A stretch of 63,971 bases of DNA, filler included. It is 11 parts of 11 records of this genome, joined end to end, with 100 filler letters (N's around TTAATTAATTAA, not from the genome) between each part and the next. Parts side by side here need not be neighbours in the genome. Positions count along the whole stretch, not along the records: positions 21,813 to 26,707 come from SRR7504441_9098; positions 26,808 to 35,773 come from SRR7504441_9103; 9 more parts are not named here. One strand, given 5' to 3'. The position numbers were made by a program, and so were the translations under genes. Position 1 is the first letter of the stretch. The number at the start of each line of letters is the position of its first letter. Under the pieces are notes generated by a model. That model did not search any database. It worked only from the letters and a program-made list of their open reading frames with translations, and was not told the DNA's origin. Shown here one piece after another: positions 22,828 through 31,573 of this stretch.

Positions 22828-24081
22828 ATGGGCTCCAGTGGCGGCAAGCCGGCAACGCCGCCGGCGGAGCAGCCGGAGGGCTCGCCGCCAAGCTCATCGG
22901 ACAGCTCGCCAAGCGCCTTCCACTCGCCCCGCCAGATCAAGGAGCCCACTGGCCTGCTCGCCAATACCAGCTCGCTCAGCCGGATGCTGGCAGAAACCGG
23001 CCGCCGAATCCCGCAGCCCGAGTCGCCCACGCACTCACAGCTGGCCGCGGCCGAGAGCGACAACGCCGAGCTGCGGGCTCGTCTTGCGGCGGTCTGCCAG
23101 CTTCTGGAACAAGAGCGAGGCCAGATCAGGTCTGTGGTCGACGCGGCACGGAGCAGCCTGCAGGCGAGCAGTCGGGTGCGGGCGGCGGGCGGGCCGGGGT
23201 CGGACGCGGAGGATTTGATGATCGAGCAGCTCGAGGCGGAGCAACGGCTCCAGGCGACAGCGGCCGAGCTTGAAGGAGCCAAAGAGCGGCTAGAGCTGCT
23301 GCAGGACGCGGTGGTCGCCCCGGCGTCACCGCCCGAGCATCAGGCACTCTGGGCCGAAGTGACGCTCCTCCGAGGACTCAAGCGCCAGCTGGCGGCCGCG
23401 CAGCATCAGCAGCTGACAGCGGCCACCGAGGCAGAGATGACACGACGGTTCCCCGACCTGCGGAGTCGGAAAGTGGTCCCACTTTCCGTTGGGGGGCTGG
23501 TCTGCGTGAGCGAGGAGCGGCATGGGTTTGGATTCGCCCGGGTGGTGGACCAGTTGCCGGCTGGCCGAGTGCTGCTCCGATGGTTGTACAGACCGGAACA
23601 GATATGCTCCAGCCCCCTGTGCATTGATCCTGTCAATCCGCCGATGTGGGACCAAACTACCGGCCGACTGTTCGGCCCTTGCAGGGAGCCCGGCTGTCCG
23701 CTTAGATTAGAACCCGTGGGCGAGCCGCCCGAGCTCGAACGCATCATGACAGACCATACTGACACATTGCCGGTTGAGGCGCTGCTCGGTGAGGCCAAGC
23801 TCGGTGCCCAGCTGCTGCTGCTCCGGTTTGTAAGGTTCGCCTCGCCGCTGCCGTCACCAGTCGAGACGTTTGATAGCGAGATCCATTCAGAGGAGGCTAT
23901 TGCATACGATCCTAAGTATCGGCCGCCGCCGCAACGGAAGGTCAAAAGCTATATCTATGCGACGCGGTCACTTGAAGAGCTCGAAGCCGAGCTTGAGGCC
24001 GAGTTAGATACCGAGCTAGAGGACGAGCTACAACACGACACATGTATGACGGTGCCGGATGATTATCGTGTTGTGCTGTAA
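22828..24081 (+). CDS. Coiled-coil protein with BAH-like domain and possible N-myristoylation
   Basis: MGSSGG N-terminus; FARV...RWLYRPEQ...ERIMTDHTDTLPVEALLG resembles the BAH consensus. Confidence 0.55.
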   Translation: MGSSGGKPATPPAEQPEGSPPSSSDSSPSAFHSPRQIKEPTGLLANTSSLSRMLAETGRRIPQPESPTHSQLAAAESDNAELRARLAAVCQLLEQERGQIRSVVDAARSSLQASSRVRAAGGPGSDAEDLMIEQLEAEQRLQATAAELEGAKERLELLQDAVVAPASPPEHQALWAEVTLLRGLKRQLAAAQHQQLTAATEAEMTRRFPDLRSRKVVPLSVGGLVCVSEERHGFGFARVVDQLPAGRVLLRWLYRPEQICSSPLCIDPVNPPMWDQTTGRLFGPCREPGCPLRLEPVGEPPELERIMTDHTDTLPVEALLGEAKLGAQLLLLRFVRFASPLPSPVETFDSEIHSEEAIAYDPKYRPPPQRKVKSYIYATRSLEELEAELEAELDTELEDELQHDTCMTVPDDYRVVL

Positions 24082-24296
24082 ATTAAAGCAGGCACAATCA
24101 TGCATTATGTGATTTAAATTAATGCTGTTTCTTAGTTGTTTCTCACATTCCCAGTGTACGCCTTTTCCACGAATGCCTGTTGGATCCTTGCTGGCCACGG
24201 ATCCGAACATCCAGACGGCACAAGTTTGATAGAATGTTCACGCGGAGCTCATCAAAGGCAAACAAATACGCCAAACCAGTTGCTCCGGTGGCCGTC

Positions 24297-25349
24297 TTAC
24301 TCGCTCTTGATCGCCCGGTAGTAGGTGGTGCCGTCGCTCGGAAAGGTCTTGTCGTCGGTGTAGATAAACGTCTCATTGCTCGCAGTGAACGCCTTGCGAA
24401 GGAACTTGGCATCGTACGCACTGAACGCCTCCGCCACCGTGTCCCACCGGTAGATCTCGTACTTGCTGCCCGGGGTCAGCCCCGAGACGGTGAGTGTGCC
24501 AGTGAGGTCGTCAGGCTTGTCACCGCTCCGTGTGTCCGGTTCCGATTTCCAAGGGTCAATGTGCAGCGAGGCCGGCATCGCAAGCGCTTGCTTGGCGTCC
24601 GGCGTGAACCCGGTCATCGCCCAGCCAAACCCGTACGGGTACCCGATGCAGTACGAGTAGTGATGGAAGAAGCCACCTCCGCAATCAGCACGAGAGCCCA
24701 CACCATCCCACTTGCCTGCCAGGGTCGAAATGGCCCGGCTGACTGTGTTGACCCCGGCGTCGGTGTAGTGGAGCACTGTGTCGTCGTCGTAGACGGTGGT
24801 GTCGTTGAGCGGGTGGTTGGACTGGATCCCGATCACAGGCTCCACGTGCCCGTACATGCCCTGCGGCGGCTTGAGATCGTAGATTGGGTAGCTCTGGCCA
24901 GACCACATGATCATCCAGGCCACGGCGTTCCCGGCGGCCAGGTGCGCCTTGAGCCACTTGTAGTAGGCTTGGGTCTGCGGCACTGGGGTGTTGAGATAAT
25001 CGAACCCCTCGAACTGGATCTTCAGGTTCTTCAGCGCCTCCTCGATGTTGCACGACAGGATCTCGTTGTCGTGCCCCCCGCACGGCGCAGCGTGCGCGCG
25101 CACCTGCTTCTGAGAGATCCAGGCCCCCTTGCCCAGAGTGGCTCTTTGGGTAGCCCAGGAGCCGCAGTAGCCCCCGGCGTCGTCCCATTGGAAGCCGGGC
25201 TGAATGTCCAAGACCCGCTCGAACTTGAATGACTGCTTCTCGCAGTTGCCGCCCGCGCAGATGGTGCTCTCGTTCACAAGTGTCGGTAGGCCCGCCGCCG
25301 ACACCAGGAGCGCCGCCGACACACAGACACGCAATAGCAATCGGGCCAT
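24297..25349 (-). CDS. Secreted hypothetical protein, possible papain-like fold
   Basis: Signal peptide; QWDDAGGYCG (Gln/Cys) and GHVEPVIGI (His); 350 aa, intronless. Confidence 0.6.
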   Translation of the reverse strand: MARLLLRVCVSAALLVSAAGLPTLVNESTICAGGNCEKQSFKFERVLDIQPGFQWDDAGGYCGSWATQRATLGKGAWISQKQVRAHAAPCGGHDNEILSCNIEEALKNLKIQFEGFDYLNTPVPQTQAYYKWLKAHLAAGNAVAWMIMWSGQSYPIYDLKPPQGMYGHVEPVIGIQSNHPLNDTTVYDDDTVLHYTDAGVNTVSRAISTLAGKWDGVGSRADCGGGFFHHYSYCIGYPYGFGWAMTGFTPDAKQALAMPASLHIDPWKSEPDTRSGDKPDDLTGTLTVSGLTPGSKYEIYRWDTVAEAFSAYDAKFLRKAFTASNETFIYTDDKTFPSDGTTYYRAIKSE

Positions 25350-25417
25350 TTCGTGCTTCGTGTTGCCGGAGCCGGTTGTTAACGGATTTATGATTTCATC
25401 ACTGACTGTCCCCTCAC

Positions 25418-26471
25418 ATGGATCAGCGGACGCTTCTACTTGCGCACGGGCTGGCGCTTGCCTGGCTCCTGGGATTGGCCAGCTGTTGCTACGACTCGGG
25501 CGACTTCTCGATCCGCTCGCCTGCGGACTTCCCGCTCGCCAGCTCGGGCGACCAGATAGAGATCTTCTTCCTACGGGCGCCGCTGGAGGAATCCAAGCTG
25601 CACTCGAGCCTGCTCAGCGCCGCCTCACTCTTCCACTCAGGCGCCGGCTTCCGCTCGTCAAACGGCACCATGTGGTGCCATCCCCGCTCGGCCGACGACT
25701 GAGCTCGCCGCAGGCAGTTTGAGTACGACGCCAAGGACTTTAGCGGCTCGCTGTTTCCTGCCGTCCAGGACGGTGCGAGACCTGGCCCGGCCCAGGATGA
25801 CCGAGCGGCAGGCGAGCTGGTCTGGACCAATGCGGCCGAGGTGTGCGCGTTTGCTGGGATTCGTACCAGGTATTGGACACAAGCTTTGCACGTAGCCACG
25901 GTGCCGGCAGAGACGTATAACAAGCTGCGCGAGCCGATCGGCTGGTGCCCCGGCAAGACGGGCGGGGCTGAAGAGGGCGGCTAGGTATCAGGCCAATCAC
26001 TCGAGCTACCAGCCCTTCACAGTCAATTTTGGGAACGGCAGCAGCCCAGTGCTCGCAGACACGTGCTCCGACTTTACGTGGAGCTTCTTTCAAGAGCTGA
26101 GCAAGATGGGGATTGCAATGAATCCGTTGCTGCCGCCCCAGACTACCCAGTTCTCCTTGTTCGCCGACACGACTGTAGCTATCCGATCTATTCACATCGG
26201 GCAGGGTCACCCAGTAGACAGCACGCGTGTGATAGGGTTCTACAAGCGTATTGCTGATGCGCTCGGGGACATCGGGGGCCTCAGAAACCACTCGGGGCAC
26301 TGGCTGAGGACCGCGTGGGACGTGGCTGTGATGCTGGCCGGGCTTAGGGAGGGCGCGTTCTTTGTGTTGGACACACGTGACACGAGCCAGCGGAGCTTCT
26401 TTGAGCTCAAGCTAAATCATTCCCACCCGGCACGCCTAGAGCTGCTCGATCCGCGACACGTCTTCAATTGA
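25418..26471 (+). CDS. CLN5: CLN5-like lysosomal protein (BMP synthase/thioesterase family)
   Basis: Collinear matches to human CLN5 as I recall it: DQIEIFFLRAP, FHSGAGFRS, FP, HVATV, TCSDF. Introns at 25675-25713, 25773-25811 and 25945-25984. Confidence 0.75.
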
Positions 26472-26707
26472 TTAAAATATGTACAATGCTCTAGTTGAGT
26501 CTGTTGTATGAGTATACCGCCTCGCTTGGACTGATTATTACGCACAGTCAGTCTGTCTCAACTCCTTGCTTGGAAACCAGCCGAAACCTCATCACCACAA
26601 CCTTCAGCTTGGCGCCACATGGAGACTCAATCGCTGTACCTGCAGGACGGAGCCATCGTGAGCCCGGCGGTCTACACTGCCAGTCAGTGCAACGCCTGCG
26701 AGGCAAC

Positions 26708-26807
26708 NNNNNNNNNNNNNNNNNNNNNNNNNNNNNNNNNNNNNNNNNNNNTTAATTAATTAANNNNNNNNNNNNNNNNNNNNNNNNNNNNNNNNNNNNN
26801 NNNNNNN
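26708..26807. other. Artificial contig spacer
   Basis: N44-TTAATTAATTAA-N44. Confidence 0.98.
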
Positions 26808-28190
26808 TGGGCTCACTCGCTCAAAGCTAAATGCGCTAGTGTTGACACACTGCCATCCCATAGCCCGGCCGCTCTTGACTGTGACGTCTTGGAAGACGAA
26901 ATCGCTCATTGGCGCGTCAGGCAGCCCGAGGAATTGAAAGGACGGCTCAGACTTGCTGATTGGGCTCTGCGGCATGAAGATCGAGATGTTCCTGAAGAGT
27001 ACATCAAACACATGAGGAGTCGCACTTCGGTTGGTGACAGGCGGGCTTCCGGTGCCATAAAACATTGAAGCGGAAATCGGCATCGGTTGCTTGACAGAAG
27101 TCTGCATCCAAAATGCCGAATTGAGGACACGGATTGCATGCACGCTGCCCCCTCGCGGCCGTGGAGCTTTAATATGGAACCCTGCGAAGTCGGATCCGTC
27201 GGTGCCAAACGTACAGCCGTCGATTGTGATATTGAAAACACCACCGCTCATCTCCGAGCCGATAGCAAACGTCTCGCTCACGAACACTGTGTCCCTCCAT
27301 ACGATGTTAAACGCCGGCATCCCGAATTTCCGGCCAGCCAAGTCCATGCCGCTCTTGATTGCCGCACTGTTATCGCCCACTGACACCCAACTCCGCTCAA
27401 TGAGCACGTTAGAAGACGAGTCCGGGTCCAGCCCGTCATCATTGGCAATCCCTTCGTCTCGCGGTGCGGTGATGTTGATGTCAGCGATGTGAATATCGTC
27501 GCAACCATACGGATGTACGGCCCAAAACGCTTGATTCACAATGGTCAGGTTGAGCAGCGCCACCTCCTTCGAAAACATTGGCTCCCACACTCGCGGCCGG
27601 CCAAACTGCAGCAGTCCAGCAGCCGGTAGACCGGCGCAGCCATGCGGAGCACACCGGCGATACGCCGTAAACCGGCTCATCCAGGAGCTTCCCAGCCGCC
27701 GGTCCATCCGGTCCCCTTGGCCGTCGATCATGCCCGAACCGGCCACTACGACGTCAGTCATCCGCCAGCCGCTGAGCAGGGCCATGTGTCTCCCCCAGCC
27801 GTGCACCGCCGCGTCCCGTTGGCCCGGGCCGTAGCCGGCGAGCGGCGGAACCACCGGGTACTTGGCCGGGTCCGTCGAACCGAGCAGCACTCCGTCGATC
27901 GTGAGCCGGCAGCCGGTGGACAGGTTGAGCGCCCCTGTGACGAACCGGCGCCCCACCGGGAGCAGCACTCCGAACTTACCCTGGCCATCCCGGGGGCACT
28001 CTCGGATCGCGCGCTGGATAGGCTCGGTGTCGTCGGTCTGGCCATCTCCGGTGGCGCCCCAGGTGGTCACGTCGCACACAGAGCCCGGGGCCGGGTAGTC
28101 GACCGGCCCGGCCAGATCCGGGTACTGGCCGCGGAGCAACCGGGCCTCGAGCCGACCCAAGCAGCCGATCAGCAGCAGCAACAGCCGCAT
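26808..28190 (-). CDS. Glycoside hydrolase family 28 (polygalacturonase-like), secreted, 3'-truncated
   Basis: WGATGDGQTDDT, NDDGLDPDSS, GDNSAAIKSG, AIGSEMSGG. Confidence 0.85.
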
Positions 28191-28278
28191 ACCGGTGTGG
28201 CGAGGGGTGCTGCCGCGTCGCGTCCGTTATCGAGTTTCAGGTCCGTGTGCGGGGACCGCCGATCAAGCCGGCCAACCC

Positions 28279-30038
28279 ATGTTGCCGCTACGGCGCCTCG
28301 CGGCCTCCGGTGCGGCTTGCGGTCGGGCCGGCGGCTAAGCCTTGATGCGCAGGGCTGCCAAAGGCTGTGGGCAGCCATCCTGGTGCCACCCTCGCACGCG
28401 CGTACAGCGCGCCCAAGCTCGGGGAGTGCGATCGCTACCACGGCGATCTGAAGGACCAAGACCGGATCTTCACCAACCTTTACGGCAAGGACGACGTGTA
28501 CCTCAAGGGCGCACTGAAGCGGGTGCGCCCCTCCCCCCTCCTGCTGCACTGCCTGCGACAGCTCAGCGGGCTGCGGCGGCAGGGCATCTGGCACCAGACG
28601 AAGGACATTCTGTCGATGGGCCAAGACTGGGTGATCTCAGAGATGAAGGCCAGCGGGCTCCGCGGCCGCGGTGGGGCTGGCTTCCCGTCCGGCCTCAAGT
28701 GGTCTTTCATGCCGAAGAAGTCTGATGGGCGGCCGTCGTACTTGGTGGTAAACGCCGACGAGTCCGAGCCGGGGACCTGCAAGGACCGCGAGATCATGCG
28801 CTCCGACCCTCACCGGCTGATCGAAGGTGCCCGCCGCTCAGGCCCTCAGGGCGCCGACCCGGTTGCAGGTTGTGTAGTGGCCGGATTCGCGATGCGAGCG
28901 GTCGCAGCCTACATCTACATCAGGGGCGAGTATGTCTACGAGGTGCGAGCCGGGCGGCTCGGCCGGTCGAGCGGGGCGCAGGCGGAGGTGCTCGAGCGGG
29001 CGATCCAGGAGGCGTACAACGCTGGACTGATCGGCCCGAACGCTTCTGGCTCCGGCTATGACTTTGATGTCCACCTGCACCGCGGTCGATCGACAGCCCG
29101 GCCTAACCGGCTGATGGGAGGCGCAGGCGCGGGGGCGTACATCTGCGGCGAGGAGACCGGCCTGATCGAATCGCTCGAGGGCAAGCAAGGTGCCCTGCTC
29201 GCCTCTGTCGGCTGCTCAGCTTGATGCACCAGGTAAGCCAAGGCTCAAGCCGCCCTTCCCTGCCGCCGTCGGCGTGTTCGGCTGTCCGACCACCGTCGCC
29301 AACGTCGAGACGGTGACCACAGCCCGCCCCCACCCCGCCGACCCAGTCCCGCAGGTGGCCGTGGCTCCTGAGATCTGCCGCCGTGGGGCGGATTGGTTTG
29401 CCGGGTTTGGCCGGAAGAACAATCACGGGACCAAGCTCTTTTGCATCTCGGGGCACGTGAACAACCCGATCGTGGTCGAGGAGGAGATGTCCATTCCTCT
29501 CAAAGATCTGGTCGAGAAACATGCCGGCGGGGTGCGCGGCGGGTGGGACAATTTGCTCGCGATGATCCCAGGTGGCTCATCAGTCCCTTTGATCAAGAAG
29601 AACGTGTGCGACGTTGTGCTGACCGACTTCGATGACCTTAAAACCGCCCAATCTGGGCTCGGGACGGGCGCGGTGACTGTTCTGGACAAGACCTCCGACC
29701 CTATCAAGGGAATCGCGAGACTGGCGCACTTTTACATGCACGAGTCATGTGGCCAGTGCACGCCGTGCCGCGAAGGCGCACCGTGGCTGAGCAAGGTGAT
29801 GCAGAGGATGCAGTACGGCGAGTGCCACCCGGAGGAAATCGATGCGCTCTGGGAGGTCTCCAAGCAGATTGAGGGCCACACCATCTGCGCGCTGGGCGAC
29901 GCTGCCGCCTGGCCCATCCAAGGGCTGATCCGGAGCTTCCGGCCGGAGATGGAGGAGCGGATCAAGCAGTACCAAGAGAGCGGCCCGGCCTCGCTGGTCA
30001 AGTACCCGACTTGGTCTGGCGAGGAGCAAAAGCAGTAA
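28279..30038 (+). CDS. NDUFV1: NADH dehydrogenase (complex I) 51-kDa flavoprotein subunit
   Basis: [52 protein letters not shown]. Seven introns: 28310-28352, 28523-28582, 28827-28868, 28943-28981, 29085-29126, 29190-29232, 29313-29354. Confidence 0.96.
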
Positions 30039-30292
30039 CTGAGCTGTTTGCATGATGCTCATCCATATAGTGCGGCTACACTGTAGACTCGATTGGTCGG
30101 CGATGAGTTGCTGAACGCATCGATCATCGAGATGAGACCTTATGTCCATTGATTGGCACGATAAATATTAATTAAAAATATAAAAACCATGCGTAACATA
30201 CTCGTATAACTTTTTCATGTGCATTCAAATCGCGCGTTGTCCTACATATCTTAAGTACTATAACGCGCGTAGACCTCGACCGATTGTCCGCT

Positions 30293-31498
30293 CTATTGGT
30301 GCGTGAACTCTGGCTTGCGCTTCTCCACAAATGCGGCCATCCCCTCCTTTTGGTCGTCCTGCAGACCGACTAACCGCCCTCCCTGGCCCAGCTGCACCGT
30401 GGCGAAGGTCGAGTGGAAGGCGCGCCGCTCCAGCTTGACGCCCTCGGCCAGTGTAGTCTCGAACGCCGCGTTGACACATTGCTTTGCCATCTTGACTGCC
30501 CTAGCCTGAGCCTCAGGCTTGCAGAGCCCGCATACCAATTGGCTGTGAAAAGCTCGCGATCTTCTCCGCCGTCTCGACCGCCTCATCCAGCAGCGAGTCA
30601 GCAGGCACCACCCTGCTCACGAGCCCTGTCCGGCCATGTAATCCGGAGTAGGCTGCAGCGAGCACCAGACGCACAGGCCTCCTCAGCTCCAATGAACCGC
30701 CCAGTGAGGATCAAGTCCATCGCCTTGGCCTTGCCGACTGCCCGGGTGAGCCGCTGGGTCCCGCCCACCCCTGGGATGGTGCCCAGGGTGATCTCCGGCT
30801 GCCCAAACTGAGCCTTGTCCCCGGCAATGATGAAATCGCACATCATCGCCAGCTCGCACCCACCACCCAGCGCATAGCCTGCCCGCCAATCGGCCAGCGC
30901 CGGCCGGGCGGTGGATGCCGTTGACGGCCGCGATCACCGGCTTGTTTGTGAGCGTGGCTCGGTCCCAGGAGTCAAACATATTAGACTTATACGCGTCCAT
31001 AAAGCTCTTGGTAGACATCTCTTTGATATCAGCCCCCGCTGCCAGCCAATCACCCGCCGGCCCAGCCCGCCCGACCTGCGAACGCCTTGGCGCTTCCAGT
31101 AACCACGATGGCCCCCACCCCGCTGGCCCGGGCTGGGCGGTGAACCGCCGGGGTGTGCACCTGTCGGCGTCGAAGCCGGCAAGCGCCCGGTTGAGCTCCT
31201 CGATCAAAGGCGAGCACAGCGCATTGAGCGCCTGTAACGGAATCTCAGCCCCGGACCGGGCCGGAGTGAGCGCCTTGGGCCGGTTGAGTGTGACTAGACC
31301 CACGGCGCCGCGCGTCTCTGCCCGGCCGGCTGCGGCGGCGGCGGCGGCAGACCGAGGCACCGGCAATGATGTGCTCGTACTCTGCAGCCGGGGGGGAGTG
31401 AGTGCACGGCGTGGGGGGTGGGCACCGGGAGCGCTGCACAAGCCGCGGAGCAGCAGCGAGGCGCGAGGAGCGGTGGAGTTGAGTCTTCGAGCAAGCAT
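30293..31498 (-). CDS. ECHS1: Mitochondrial enoyl-CoA hydratase
   Basis: Spliced: [49 protein letters not shown]; nine micro-introns, two with GC donors. Confidence 0.92.
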
Positions 31499-31573
31499 CG
31501 GGGGGTGATCTTGCGGCCGTTGGGGCCGTTGGACAGCCGTTGGCAGCCAACCGCCGTGAAGCGGTGAGGAGAG

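Noticed and set aside
28367-30038. Apparent frameshifts and insertions in NDUFV1, ECHS1, CPS and MSH6 suggesting pseudogenes or recoding
   Set aside because: All are resolved by 37-62-nt GT/GC-AG introns that restore conserved sequence.
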